A stretch of 64,000 bases of DNA, from NCBI GenBank assembly GCA_963682115.1, contig OY821639.1:877846-941845 (forward strand), written 5' to 3'. Source of the DNA: Pseudomonadales bacterium. GTDB taxonomy: Bacteria; Pseudomonadota; Gammaproteobacteria; Pseudomonadales; Oceanobacteraceae. The position numbers and the translations under genes were made by a program. The notes under the pieces are model-generated. The model was not told the DNA's origin and did no database searches. It saw only the letters and a list, made by a program, of their open reading frames with translations. Shown here piece by piece: positions 41,439-51,810 of this stretch (position 1 is the first letter of the stretch; each line of letters starts with the position of its first letter).

Positions 41439-42421
41439 CCGTACGTCTTGCCATCACCGCCGGTGAACCGGCCGGTATCGGCCCCGATCTGTGCATTCAG
41501 ATTGCCCAGCAGGCCCACGACTGTGAACTGGTAGTGATTGCCGACCCGCAACTGCTGCAACAGCGGGCCGCACAGCTTGATCTGCCGCTGACCATCCGTC
41601 TGCTCGACGACAGCCAGCCGCCGCGCCCGGCTCAGGCCGGTGAACTCTGTGTCTGCCCGGTAGCCCTGCAGGCAGCCGTCAGCGCCGGTCAGCTCAATGT
41701 CGCCAACAGCCGCTATGTTCTGGACACCCTGACCACAGCGGTTCAGGGCGCGCTGGATAAGCGCTGGGACGGCATTGTCACTGCCCCGGTACACAAAGGT
41801 ATTATCAACGAAGCGGGCATTCACTTCAGCGGTCATACCGAATACTTCCGCGATTACTGCGGGGTGGAAGAAGTGGTAATGATGCTGGCGACCAGCGATC
41901 TGCGCGTGGCGTTAGTTACCACTCACCTGCCACTGCGGGCGGTGGCGGATGCCATCACCCCGGAACGTATTGAGCGCGTGACACGGATTCTGGACCACGA
42001 TCTGAAAACCTTCTTCGGCATTGCGACACCACACATTCTGGTAGCCGGGCTGAACCCTCATGCCGGCGAAGATGGCCACCTCGGCCGCGAGGAACTGGAT
42101 ATCATCATCCCCACCCTGGAGCGCCTGCGCCGCGACGGTCTGCACCTGACCGGTCCTCTGCCGGCCGATACCCTGTATACCCCGAAACACCTGCAGGGCG
42201 CGGATGCGACACTGGCCATGTATCACGATCAGGGCCTGCCGGTGCTGAAGTTTCATGGCTTTGGCCGCGCCGCAAATATCACCCTGGGGTTACCGGTAAT
42301 CCGTACCTCAGTTGACCATGGCACCGCACTGGATCTTGCCGGACGCGGTACCGCCGACAGCGGCAGTCTGCTGACTGCCATCGACGTTGCACTGCAAATG
42401 GCCGCCTCTGATGACCAATAA
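41435..42421 (+). CDS. pdxA: 4-hydroxythreonine-4-phosphate dehydrogenase PdxA
   Basis: 328 aa. GEPAGIGPD...GHTEY...NPHAGE...DHGTA motifs. Confidence 0.9.
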   Translation: MTVRLAITAGEPAGIGPDLCIQIAQQAHDCELVVIADPQLLQQRAAQLDLPLTIRLLDDSQPPRPAQAGELCVCPVALQAAVSAGQLNVANSRYVLDTLTTAVQGALDKRWDGIVTAPVHKGIINEAGIHFSGHTEYFRDYCGVEEVVMMLATSDLRVALVTTHLPLRAVADAITPERIERVTRILDHDLKTFFGIATPHILVAGLNPHAGEDGHLGREELDIIIPTLERLRRDGLHLTGPLPADTLYTPKHLQGADATLAMYHDQGLPVLKFHGFGRAANITLGLPVIRTSVDHGTALDLAGRGTADSGSLLTAIDVALQMAASDDQ

Positions 42422-43247
42422 GCATACTCCCAAAGCCCACGGGCACCGTGCCAGAAAACGCTTTGGCCAGAACTTCCTGCACGATCACCATGTGATCGAT
42501 AAAATCGTGCGTGCCATCAGCCCGAAAGCCGATGACTGTCTGGTCGAGATCGGCCCCGGTATGGGCGCCCTGACCGAACCTCTGCTGGAAGCCAGTGGCA
42601 AACTGGATGTGGTCGAACTCGACCGCGACCTGATTCCTATCCTGCGCACCAGGTTCTTCAACTATCCGGATTTTCATATCCACGAAGGCGACGCGCTCAA
42701 GTTCGATTTCAGCACCCTGCTGCAGCCCGGCCAGCAGTTACGCATTGTCGGCAACCTGCCGTACAACATTTCCACCCCGCTGATCTTCCATTTTCTCGCC
42801 CACCACAGCATCGTGCGCGATATGCACTTTATGCTGCAGAAAGAAGTGGTCGAGCGCCTGGCTTCGGCGCCGGGCACCTCAGATTATGGCCGACTGGGCA
42901 TCATGGCTCAGTACTACTGTAAGGTAGAGCCGCTGTTTATCGTCGGTCCGGGTTCCTTCAGCCCGCCGCCCAAAGTCGATTCTGCCATTGTCCGTCTGAG
43001 TCCATACGATGAACTGCCCTGCCCGGCCAAAGACGTGAAAACCCTGGAACGGGTGGTGCGCGAAGCTTTCAGTATGCGCCGCAAAACCCTACGCAACACC
43101 CTGAAGAACCTGATCAGCGCAGAACAGCTGGAAGCCCTGGGCATTGACACCAGCCTGCGGCCGGAACGCCTGACACTGCAGCAGTATGTCTGTATCGCCG
43201 ATGCGGTGTACGATCTGCAGCAGGCAGAAGAAGGAGAATCATCATGA
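42411..43247 (+). CDS. rsmA: 16S rRNA (adenine1518/1519-N6)-dimethyltransferase RsmA/KsgA
   Basis: Start trimmed to [23 protein letters not shown], overlapping the pdxA stop. [10 protein letters not shown] is the SAM motif. Confidence 0.9.
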   Translation: MTNKHTPKAHGHRARKRFGQNFLHDHHVIDKIVRAISPKADDCLVEIGPGMGALTEPLLEASGKLDVVELDRDLIPILRTRFFNYPDFHIHEGDALKFDFSTLLQPGQQLRIVGNLPYNISTPLIFHFLAHHSIVRDMHFMLQKEVVERLASAPGTSDYGRLGIMAQYYCKVEPLFIVGPGSFSPPPKVDSAIVRLSPYDELPCPAKDVKTLERVVREAFSMRRKTLRNTLKNLISAEQLEALGIDTSLRPERLTLQQYVCIADAVYDLQQAEEGESS

Positions 43248-43633
43248 GCGGCAGCCAGGAACTGAGCGACAGCATTCAGGTCACCGTCGACAGCGAATAT
43301 CTGGAAGAGCAGTCTGTACCGGAAGACGGCCGCTTTGTCTTCGCCTATCACATCCGTATCCGCAATCAGGGGGATCAGGGAGCCACCCTGCGCAGCCGCC
43401 ACTGGTTTATCACCGACGGCGATAATGAAGTGCAGGAAGTCAAAGGCGATGGGGTAGTTGGTGAACAGCCGACCATCGAACCCGGTGAAACCTACCGCTA
43501 CTCCTCCGGTGCGGTGCTCGCCACCCGGGTCGGCAGCATGCGCGGCTACTATGTGATGGAAGCCGATGACGGCACCCTGTTCCACGCCTCCATCCCGGTT
43601 TTTACCCTGGCTATTCCGCACGCGCTTAACTGA
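43244..43633 (+). CDS. apaG: Co2+/Mg2+ efflux-associated protein ApaG (DUF525)
   Basis: 129 aa. ...[11 protein letters not shown]...[11 protein letters not shown]...GVVGEQP. Confidence 0.9.
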   Translation: MSGSQELSDSIQVTVDSEYLEEQSVPEDGRFVFAYHIRIRNQGDQGATLRSRHWFITDGDNEVQEVKGDGVVGEQPTIEPGETYRYSSGAVLATRVGSMRGYYVMEADDGTLFHASIPVFTLAIPHALN

Positions 43634-43659
43634 ACAGATGTCGACCAAAGGATAACCAT

Positions 43660-44487
43660 ATGGCAATATACGCAATGGGTGATATTCAGGGTTGTTACGA
43701 ACCTCTGCAGCGGCTGCTCGATCAGGTGCAGTTTGATCCTGCCCGTGACCAGCTGTGGCTGGCCGGCGATCTGGTTAACCGCGGCCCGCAGTCGCTGGAA
43801 GTGCTGCGTTTTGCCCGCAGCCTGGGGCACCGGGTCCGCTGTGTACTGGGCAACCATGACCTGCACCTGCTGGCGATCTATTATGGTGGTCATTCTGCGC
43901 GCAGTAATGACACACTCGCGCCCGTTCTTGGTGCAGAGGATGCCGCTGAACTGCTCGACTGGCTGCGTTTCCAGCCACTGGTTGTGCTGGATGAAGGCCG
44001 TGGCTGGTGTATGAGCCATGCCGGTATCCCGCCGGCCTGGAGTGTACGCAGAGCCCGCCGGCTGGCGCAGGAAGTGGAGGCCGTACTGCAGAGTGATGAC
44101 TGCGCTGCGTTCTTCCGTGACATGTATGGCAACAAGCCGGACCGCTGGCAGACTGGCCTGCAGGGCATAAACCGTCTGCGGGTGATCGTTAACTACCTGA
44201 CCCGGATGCGTTTTATCGATGCTGACGGAGTACTGGATCTGACCAGTAAGGAAGGTGCTGACACGGCTCCGGCCGGGTTTATCCCCTGGTTTGATGCCGC
44301 CGGGCGCAAGGCCTCCGCTGACCGTCTGCTGTTCGGACACTGGGCAGCACTGGAAGGCCGTGTCACCGTTCCTAACGTATATGCCCTCGACACCGGCTGT
44401 GTCTGGGGTGGACAACTATCGGCACTGAGGCTCGACGACCAGCAGTGGTTCCGGGTGCCATCTCAACCACCGGAGGTAAGTAAATGA
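43660..44487 (+). CDS. apaH: Bis(5'-nucleosyl)-tetraphosphatase (symmetrical) ApaH
   Basis: 275 aa. MAIYAMGDIQGC...GDLVNRGP...GNHDLHLL are the metallophosphatase motifs. Confidence 0.9.
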   Translation: MAIYAMGDIQGCYEPLQRLLDQVQFDPARDQLWLAGDLVNRGPQSLEVLRFARSLGHRVRCVLGNHDLHLLAIYYGGHSARSNDTLAPVLGAEDAAELLDWLRFQPLVVLDEGRGWCMSHAGIPPAWSVRRARRLAQEVEAVLQSDDCAAFFRDMYGNKPDRWQTGLQGINRLRVIVNYLTRMRFIDADGVLDLTSKEGADTAPAGFIPWFDAAGRKASADRLLFGHWAALEGRVTVPNVYALDTGCVWGGQLSALRLDDQQWFRVPSQPPEVSK

Positions 44488-44807
44488 GTGGTTTTCAGCG
44501 TATTACGGCAGGTGATGCCAAAGCCCTGCTCGAATCAGGCAAACTGAGTGTCGCCGACATCCGCGACGCCATGAGCTATCAGGTCGGCCATATTCAGGGA
44601 GCCAGCCGTGTGGATAACGACAACCTGGCGGACTTTATGGACACAGTGGGTAAAGATGACCCACTTCTGGTGTGTTGTTACCACGGTAACTCCAGTCAGG
44701 GGGCAGCACAGTTTTTTGCCGGCCAGGGCTACACCAAAGTCTACAGCCTGGATGGCGGTTACGAATTATGGAAGCTGGCCTTCCCTGACCTGTGTGAACG
44801 CAGTTAA
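44484..44807 (+). CDS. glpE: Thiosulfate sulfurtransferase GlpE-like single-domain rhodanese
   Basis: 107 aa with the active-site loop CYHGNSS. Confidence 0.75.
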   Translation: MSGFQRITAGDAKALLESGKLSVADIRDAMSYQVGHIQGASRVDNDNLADFMDTVGKDDPLLVCCYHGNSSQGAAQFFAGQGYTKVYSLDGGYELWKLAFPDLCERS

Positions 44808-44817
44808 TGCCTGTCTG

Positions 44818-44845
44818 AAGCCCGCATCCTGCGGGCTTTTTCATT
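44818..44845 (+). terminator. Rho-independent terminator after glpE
   Basis: AGCCCGC-ATCCT-GCGGGCT followed by TTTTTCATTTTT. Confidence 0.7.
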
Positions 44846-45109
44846 TTTATTCCCGCCTTTTCCCGCTGTAACTGCTGTTTATAAAAGACTTACTCTCATT
44901 ACCAGCAGGGATAAACGGCACACTCGATGCATACTATTTTCTGAATCGGCAGTTTTTTGTCATCGGCGAACAACTGTTTCATTTAACTTTTTACTGGCCA
45001 GTGCCGGATAAAGTGAACCATACTGGTTTATCACAACAGAATTAACGACGGAATTTTATGTAACAAAAAGCTGCGACCAGCCTGAACAAGGTGTAAGAGA
45101 GGTGACATC

Positions 45110-47032
45110 ATGAGCGTATTCAGCCGTTATAAAGACAGGTATCAGTCCACCCAGGAAGAGGTGATGAGCCTGCAGGACTACCTCGAACTCTGCAAACAGG
45201 ACAAATCAGCCTACGCGACGGCCGCCGAACGCATGTTAATGGCAATCGGTGAACCTGAACTGATCGACACAGCAAAAGACATTCGTCTCAGCCGTATTTT
45301 TTCCAACAAAGTCATCAAGCGTTACCCCGCATTTTCTGAGTTCTACGGTATGGAAGAAGCCGTGGAAAATATCGTTTCCTATTTCCGCCATGCGGCACAG
45401 GGACTGGAAGAACGCAAACAGATTCTCTACCTGTTAGGCCCGGTTGGTGGTGGTAAATCATCGCTGGCTGAACGTCTGAAGCACCTGATAGAAAAAATTC
45501 CCTTTTACGCCATTAAAGGCTCACCGGTCTTTGAATCCCCGTTAGGCCTGTTTGATCCCGATGAAGACGCTCAGATTCTGGAAGAGGATTATGGTATCGC
45601 CAGCCGTTATCTCGGTAAAGTGATGTCGCCCTGGGCGGTAAAACGCCTGCATGAATTCGGCGGTGATATCAGCAAATTCGAAGTGGTCAAACTCTATCCC
45701 TCTATTCTTGATCAGGTCGGTGTTAGCAAAACTGAACCGGGTGATGAAAATAACCAGGACATTTCTTCTCTGGTCGGTAAAGTCGATATCCGTAAACTGG
45801 AAGACTTTTCCCAGGATGATCCGGATGCCTACTCATATTCCGGTGGCCTGTGCCGGGCCAATCAGGGGCTGATGGAATTTGTGGAAATGTTCAAGGCACC
45901 GATCAAGGTTCTGCACCCACTGCTGACCGCCACTCAGGAAGGTAACTTTAACGGTACCGAAGGCATGGGCGCGATTCCGTTTGAAGGGGTCATTCTGGCT
46001 CACTCCAACGAATCTGAATGGCAGGCGTTCCGTAACAACAAAAACAATGAAGCCTTCCTCGACCGGGTTTATATCGTCAAGGTGCCTTATTGCCTGCGCG
46101 TGAATGAAGAAGTCAGAATTTACGAAAAACTGCTCGCCAGCAGTTCTCTGGCCGACGCCCACTGCGCCCCGGACACCCTGAGCATGCTGGCTAAGTTTAC
46201 CGTGCTGTCACGTCTGAAAGTGCCGGAAAACTCCAGCATCTATTCAAAAATGCGGGTTTACAATGGTGAGAACCTGAAAGATACCGACCCGAAAGCCAAG
46301 TCGATTCAGGAATACCGTGACGCCGCCGGTGTCGATGAAGGGATGAACGGTATATCCACCCGCTTTGCGTTCAAAATTCTGTCCAAGGTATTTAACTTCG
46401 ATTCCACCGAAGTGGCCGCCAACCCGGTTCATCTGCTGTATGTACTGGAACAGGCCATTGAACAGGAACAGTTCCCGGAAGAAATTCACGACCGTTATCT
46501 GAATTTCATGAAGGAGTATCTGGTCACAGAATATGTCGACTTTATCGGCAAAGAAATTCAGACCGCTTATCTCGAATCTTATGCTGAATATGGTCAGAAT
46601 ATTTTTGACCGCTACGTGACTTATGCCGACTTCTGGATTCAGGATCAGGAATACCGGGATCCGGAAACCGGTGAAATGCTTGACCGTGTGGCCATCAATG
46701 AAGAACTGGAGAAAATTGAAAAAGCCGCCGGTATCAGTAACCCGAAAGATTTCCGTAATGAAATTGTGAACTTCGTACTGCGGGCCCGTGCCAATAACAA
46801 TGGTAACAATCCGTCGTGGCAGTCGTACGAGAAGATGCGCGCTGTGATCGAGAAGAAAATGTTTGCCAACACAGAAGATCTGTTACCGGTTATTTCCTTC
46901 TCGGCCAAGTCGTCTTCTGACGACCGGAAGAAACACGATGACTTTGTCAACCGCATGGTTGAACGCGGTTACACCGAGAAACAGGTGCGCCTGTTATCCG
47001 AGTGGTATCTGCGGGTACGTAAGTCACAGTAA
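45110..47032 (+). CDS. prkA: PrkA/YeaG family serine protein kinase (AAA+ N-domain)
   Basis: 640 aa. The Walker A-like motif LLGPVGGGKSS is present, and length and collinearity fit YeaG. It is followed by yeaH and ycgB homologues. Confidence 0.9.
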   Translation: MSVFSRYKDRYQSTQEEVMSLQDYLELCKQDKSAYATAAERMLMAIGEPELIDTAKDIRLSRIFSNKVIKRYPAFSEFYGMEEAVENIVSYFRHAAQGLEERKQILYLLGPVGGGKSSLAERLKHLIEKIPFYAIKGSPVFESPLGLFDPDEDAQILEEDYGIASRYLGKVMSPWAVKRLHEFGGDISKFEVVKLYPSILDQVGVSKTEPGDENNQDISSLVGKVDIRKLEDFSQDDPDAYSYSGGLCRANQGLMEFVEMFKAPIKVLHPLLTATQEGNFNGTEGMGAIPFEGVILAHSNESEWQAFRNNKNNEAFLDRVYIVKVPYCLRVNEEVRIYEKLLASSSLADAHCAPDTLSMLAKFTVLSRLKVPENSSIYSKMRVYNGENLKDTDPKAKSIQEYRDAAGVDEGMNGISTRFAFKILSKVFNFDSTEVAANPVHLLYVLEQAIEQEQFPEEIHDRYLNFMKEYLVTEYVDFIGKEIQTAYLESYAEYGQNIFDRYVTYADFWIQDQEYRDPETGEMLDRVAINEELEKIEKAAGISNPKDFRNEIVNFVLRARANNNGNNPSWQSYEKMRAVIEKKMFANTEDLLPVISFSAKSSSDDRKKHDDFVNRMVERGYTEKQVRLLSEWYLRVRKSQ

Positions 47033-47054
47033 GCCGACCTGAAGGAGGGCTTTT

Positions 47055-48335
47055 ATGTCCTACATTATCGACCGGCGTCTGAACGGAAAAAACAAAAGTA
47101 CGGTGAACCGGCAGCGGTTTCTGCGCCGCTACCGGCAGCATATCAAGGAAGCGGTGGCGGACTCCGTCAACCGCCGCTCCATCACGGATATGGACCGGGG
47201 TGAGCAGATCAGTATCCCGACCCGTAACACCCATGAGCCGGTCATTACCCATGGCTCCGGCGGCAAGCAGCACCGGGTTTTTCCCGGCAACAAAGAATTC
47301 AATACCGGCGACGAGCTGGAAAAGCCGGAGTCCGGTGGCGGTGGCAGCGGCCCAGGTCAGGCCAGTGATCAGGGGGAAGGCGATGATGATTTTTCCTTTT
47401 ACATCACCAAAGATGAATTCCTGAATTACCTGTTTGATGATCTGGCTCTGCCCAACATGATCAAGAAAACCCTGAGCCAGTCAAAAGACTTCAAAACCCG
47501 GCGGGCCGGTTTTGTCTCCGAAGGGACGCCGAATAATCTGTCAGTCGTCCGTTCGCTGCGTAATGCCCACGCCCGCCGTATCGGCATGACGGTCGGCAAA
47601 CGGAAAAAGCTGAAAGAACTGAAACAGGAGCTTGCTGCACTGAAGCCGGCTGAAAACGACAGCCGTAAAGAAGTGCTGACACTGCTGGAGCAGATCGACA
47701 CCCTGGAGAAGAAACTGAAGTCAGTCCCCTTTCTCGATGATCTTGATCTGCGTTACCGCAGTCAGGTGAAAGTGCCGACGCCCAGCAGCAAAGCTGTCAT
47801 GTTCTGTCTGATGGATGTCTCCGGCTCCATGACTCAGGATATCAAGGATATTGCCAAGCGTTTCTATATTCTGCTTTATCTTTTTCTGCAGAAAAATTAC
47901 GAACACATAGAACTGGTCTTTATCCGTCACCACACCAGCGCCAAGGAGGTGGATGAACAGGACTTTTTCTACTCGCGGGAAACCGGTGGCACCATTGTTT
48001 CCAGCGCGCTGAAACTGATGAAAGAAATCATCGACGACCGTTACACCAGCAGCGAGTGGAATATCTACGCGGCTCAGGCATCAGACGGCGATAACTGGGA
48101 TGATGACTCCCCCCTGTGCGCACAACTGCTGGAGAAACAGATACTGCCGCAGGTACAGTATTTTTCTTACATTGAAATCACCCCCAACCAGCATCAGGCA
48201 TTGTGGGAATCTTACTCCGGCTTGGAGAAGAATTTCCCGCACCATTTCGCCATGGCACAGATTCGCCAGTCCGGTGATATTTATCCGGTGTTCCGTGACC
48301 TGTTCGCCAAAGATCGTTATCAGGAGGCTGTATGA
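47055..48335 (+). CDS. yeaH: YeaH/YhbH family protein (UPF0229/DUF444, vWA-like)
   Basis: 426 aa. [15 protein letters not shown] is the typical N-terminus, and the MIDAS-like motif MDVSGSM is present. Confidence 0.85.
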   Translation: MSYIIDRRLNGKNKSTVNRQRFLRRYRQHIKEAVADSVNRRSITDMDRGEQISIPTRNTHEPVITHGSGGKQHRVFPGNKEFNTGDELEKPESGGGGSGPGQASDQGEGDDDFSFYITKDEFLNYLFDDLALPNMIKKTLSQSKDFKTRRAGFVSEGTPNNLSVVRSLRNAHARRIGMTVGKRKKLKELKQELAALKPAENDSRKEVLTLLEQIDTLEKKLKSVPFLDDLDLRYRSQVKVPTPSSKAVMFCLMDVSGSMTQDIKDIAKRFYILLYLFLQKNYEHIELVFIRHHTSAKEVDEQDFFYSRETGGTIVSSALKLMKEIIDDRYTSSEWNIYAAQASDGDNWDDDSPLCAQLLEKQILPQVQYFSYIEITPNQHQALWESYSGLEKNFPHHFAMAQIRQSGDIYPVFRDLFAKDRYQEAV

Positions 48336-49861
48336 GTCATCCGCAACCTGACACCGGACGCCAGTATTTATCCACAGATTCGGAATGGACGTTTGAGCTG
48401 CTGGAAGTTTACGACCGTGAAATCGCACGCATCGCAGAACTCTACCGGCTCGACACCTATCCCAATCAGATTGAAATCATCAGCGCCGAGCAGATGATGG
48501 ATGCCTACTCATCCATCGGTATGCCCATCGGCTATAACCACTGGTCTTATGGCAAACAGTTTCTGCATACGCAGAAAAATTATCAGCGCGGGCAGATGGG
48601 GCTGGCGTATGAAATTGTTATCAACTCCAACCCCTGTATTGCTTACCTGATGGAAGAGAACACCATGCCGATGCAGGCACTGGTGATCGCCCATGCCTGC
48701 TATGGCCATAATTCCTTTTTCAAAGGCAATTACCTGTTCCGTACCTGGACAGACGCCAGTTCCATTATTGATTATCTGCTGTTTGCCAAACACTATGTCC
48801 GCCAGTGCGAAGAACGCTACGGTGTAGAGGACGTCGAGCAGGTACTGGATGCCTGTCACGCGCTGCAGAATTATGGGGTTGACCGTTACCGCCGGCCAAA
48901 ACCGATTTCAGCGGCCGAGGAAAAACTTCGTCAGAAAGAGCGCGAGGATATTCTGCAACAGCAGGTCAATGACCTGTGGCGCACTCTGCCGGCCTCACCG
49001 AAAGAGGAACAGAAAAAGCGCACCAAACGTAAATTCCCCGGCGAGCCTCAGGAAAACATCCTCTACTTCCTGGAAAAAAATGCGCCACTGCTGGCACCCT
49101 GGCAGCGCGAGCTGATCCGTATCGTGCGAAAAATATCACAGTATTTTTATCCACAGCGCCAGACTCAGGTGATGAACGAAGGCTGGGCCACCTTCTGGCA
49201 TTATACGCTGCTCAACCATCTGTACGATGACGGCAAAATCACCGATGGCTTTATGATGGAGTTCCTGACCTCACACACCAATGTGGTGCACCAGCCGGGA
49301 TATGATTCGCCCTATTACAGCGGTATCAACCCCTATGCGCTGGGCTTTAATATGTTTCAGGATATCAAACGCATCTGTGAAACCCCAACCAGTGAAGACC
49401 GTGAATGGTTCCCCGACATAGCCGGTAAAGACTGGCTGGATACCCTGCATTTCGCCATGCGTAATTTCAAGGATGAAAGTTTTATCCAGCAGTTTCTGTC
49501 ACCGAAAATGATCCGCGATTTTCATCTGTTCAGTATTTTTGATGACGATGAAAAAGATCATTACCGGGTCGAAGCCATTCACAACGAATCCGGCTACTGC
49601 ACTATCCGGGAAATGCTGGCGCGTCAGTACGATCTGTCTGTACGTGAACCCAACATTCAGATCACCGGCGTGGATATTGAAGGTGACCGCTCACTGACCC
49701 TGCGCCACACCATGCAGAATAACACGCCCCTGTCCGGCGATATTCATGAGGTCATGAAACACCTGCACTTCCTGTGGGGCTTTGATATTCATCTGGAAAC
49801 CTTTCAGGACGACCGGCTGATCAAACGCCAGAGCTGCCCGGATATGAAAATACCGGTCTGA
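48332..49861 (+). CDS. ycgB: SpoVR/YcgB family protein
   Basis: 509 aa and the third member of the conserved prkA-yeaH-spoVR triad. Its start overlaps the yeaH stop. Confidence 0.85.
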   Translation: MSHPQPDTGRQYLSTDSEWTFELLEVYDREIARIAELYRLDTYPNQIEIISAEQMMDAYSSIGMPIGYNHWSYGKQFLHTQKNYQRGQMGLAYEIVINSNPCIAYLMEENTMPMQALVIAHACYGHNSFFKGNYLFRTWTDASSIIDYLLFAKHYVRQCEERYGVEDVEQVLDACHALQNYGVDRYRRPKPISAAEEKLRQKEREDILQQQVNDLWRTLPASPKEEQKKRTKRKFPGEPQENILYFLEKNAPLLAPWQRELIRIVRKISQYFYPQRQTQVMNEGWATFWHYTLLNHLYDDGKITDGFMMEFLTSHTNVVHQPGYDSPYYSGINPYALGFNMFQDIKRICETPTSEDREWFPDIAGKDWLDTLHFAMRNFKDESFIQQFLSPKMIRDFHLFSIFDDDEKDHYRVEAIHNESGYCTIREMLARQYDLSVREPNIQITGVDIEGDRSLTLRHTMQNNTPLSGDIHEVMKHLHFLWGFDIHLETFQDDRLIKRQSCPDMKIPV

Positions 49862-49862
49862 G

Positions 49863-49905
49863 CTGACGTAAAAAAGGCGCCGTTAAGGCGCCTTTTTTAC
49901 GTCAG
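49863..49905. terminator. Strong bidirectional rho-independent terminator
   Basis: 19-bp perfect inverted repeat CTGACGTAAAAAAGGCGCC-GTTAA-GGCGCCTTTTTTACGTCAG, between the convergent ycgB and flgT-like genes. Confidence 0.85.
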
Positions 49906-49920
49906 TCCGGTTTCCGGCCA

Positions 49921-51117
49921 CTACCAGGCAATCACCATATCATCGCGCTGAATCGCCAGGTGTTCGGCACTTAACTGCATTTCTGCGACCACAAACTGTG
50001 GCTGCACCTGTTTGATCACCACTTCGGTTGCCATATCGGTCAGCTCGGTACGTGGTTCAAGATCAAGATTGTAGAAAGTGCCGGTCCGGTACACCTGAAA
50101 CTTATCGCCCGGGCGGATACCGGCCCCGGCGCTGGCTTCAATGTGCAGACGCTTGCCACGGGCCCTGACGATACGTGCCATAAACGGCTGACAGCGCAGC
50201 ACTTCATCGACATCATCCACCACGCTGACCAGCAGATCGCGGACTTCATGGCCATAATTGGTGTGCCAGAACTGTGGCGTGGCAAAACCGGTTTTCTCAG
50301 TAGCCGCGCGGGTCCATTCTCCCTGCGCCGAATAGCTGCGCTGGAACAGCATGGCGCCGCTCAGGCCGTCATGTACAAAGACATCCACCACAAACTGGCG
50401 CTGGTGCGATTTCTCATTCAGTCCCACCAGCGATAACCAGGGCAGATTGCTGGTCTTCACTTCATGCTGCGCCGCGACGCCGGCCATGGCCAGATCCCGT
50501 ACCACACCGGAAACCACATACTGGGCGCCCAGCTGTGTGGCCAGCGCCACCGAGGTTGTCAGCCGCTGCTGTGCGGTTTCAGCCGATGGAGCGCGGCGCG
50601 GATCCTGATACAGGCTGATACGGCTGGCATCCAGCGCATGGATGGCACCGCGGTCATTAAGCGTATTCACCAGCACCCGTGGCAGATCCTGCTCAACATT
50701 CTGCAGAGCGCCCAGAGTTGCCTGCACCGGCTGCGCCAGTCCGAAGCCAGCCACCGCCACCGCTTTGCGGTAACGCTGAGTGCTGGCCGGACACATCGCC
50801 TGCGGGCTGACATCCGCACGGATTGCGACCTGATACAGGCCGCTGTGCTGATCTTCCCACAGCACTTCAACGTTCTTCAGCTGGGCCTGACTGCGTATCT
50901 GTACATCATCCTGCTCCACCACGCCGTGGCTCATCAGCTGGGTACTGCTCACCTGCGCACCAGCACGCAGGCTGGCCTGACGCATGGCATCTTTCAGCGC
51001 CTGTTCACGGGCAAAGGATACCGAGCCACTCAGAGGAGCTTCGCCGGTCACTTCCACCGTGATGGCCGCCGCCTGAAACGCCGTCAGTGCCGCGATTAAC
51101 AGTATCAGGATACGCAT
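49921..51117 (-). CDS. FlgT-like protein (flagellar assembly protein T architecture)
   Basis: 398 aa with signal peptide MRILILLIAALTAFQAAA. The N-terminal block VEVTGEAPL...REQALKDAMRQA, the middle segment GAQYVVSGVVRDL, and the C-terminal block RIV...G..H.....G.GIRPGDKFQVYR are collinear with Vibrio FlgT as I recall it. Confidence 0.5.
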   Translation of the reverse strand: MRILILLIAALTAFQAAAITVEVTGEAPLSGSVSFAREQALKDAMRQASLRAGAQVSSTQLMSHGVVEQDDVQIRSQAQLKNVEVLWEDQHSGLYQVAIRADVSPQAMCPASTQRYRKAVAVAGFGLAQPVQATLGALQNVEQDLPRVLVNTLNDRGAIHALDASRISLYQDPRRAPSAETAQQRLTTSVALATQLGAQYVVSGVVRDLAMAGVAAQHEVKTSNLPWLSLVGLNEKSHQRQFVVDVFVHDGLSGAMLFQRSYSAQGEWTRAATEKTGFATPQFWHTNYGHEVRDLLVSVVDDVDEVLRCQPFMARIVRARGKRLHIEASAGAGIRPGDKFQVYRTGTFYNLDLEPRTELTDMATEVVIKQVQPQFVVAEMQLSAEHLAIQRDDMVIAW

Positions 51118-51145
51118 CCCCTTCCTCCTTTCAGATCAGGCCTGA

Positions 51146-51751
51146 TCACTCAATAAAGTAAAAACCGGTTTCCGGTACTGACGCTTCACCTTTCACTCGC
51201 TGACGCTGGCTGGAGGCAAACTGGCCGGCAGCAGAAGGGGCTCCCAGCGGGGCACGGCAGTCAACATTGAAACGCTGGCTGTCCATGGTCTGCAGACAGT
51301 TACGGAAGCCCTGATCAATCACCATTTCCAGCACGGTTTCGACACTGCCATCCGGCATCACATCGGTGGAAACCACACGCGCACCGTGCATATAAGTTTC
51401 AACATAGGTACGGAAGCGATCATTCTGCACCACCATATCTTTAACCGTGGTGCTGCCCTGAACGGAAGTACCGTAAACCCGTTCCGCCATGGCCCGGTAG
51501 GCATCCATTTTCGAGGCCCGGATCGCCATCAGGCGACGCTGAACTTCGGTTTTATTCTTCACCGTATCCATGGCGCCATAGCCGACTACCCGCAGGACCA
51601 TCGGCGCAATCGGGTCAATTTCCTGTTCAACCGGCTGGAAGTAGGCTTCCGGTTCTTCTGCCACATTGTCTTCGCGCATAAAAGCGCCGGAGCAGCCCTG
51701 CATCAGCAGAACAGAGGTTGCAGCCAGCGCTGCAGGTAAAGGCCATTTCAT
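51146..51751 (-). CDS. LPP20-family lipoprotein, FlgP-like
   Basis: Start trimmed to MKWPLPAALAATSVLLMQGC (lipobox-like; GGAG SD upstream). The core VVGYGA...QRRLMAIRASKMDAYRAMAERVYGTSVQGSTTVKDM matches the LPP20/FlgP signature. Confidence 0.6.
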   Translation of the reverse strand: MKWPLPAALAATSVLLMQGCSGAFMREDNVAEEPEAYFQPVEQEIDPIAPMVLRVVGYGAMDTVKNKTEVQRRLMAIRASKMDAYRAMAERVYGTSVQGSTTVKDMVVQNDRFRTYVETYMHGARVVSTDVMPDGSVETVLEMVIDQGFRNCLQTMDSQRFNVDCRAPLGAPSAAGQFASSQRQRVKGEASVPETGFYFIE

Positions 51752-51810
51752 ACCGGTCTCCAAACTTCGGGGTCTTGTTAACGAGGTTGTCGGCAGCCGG
51801 CAGAAAATAT

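Noticed and set aside
43549-44415. 288-aa minus-strand ORF (and 42914..43675)
   Set aside because: They are antisense to apaH, apaG and rsmA, all of which have clear family motifs.
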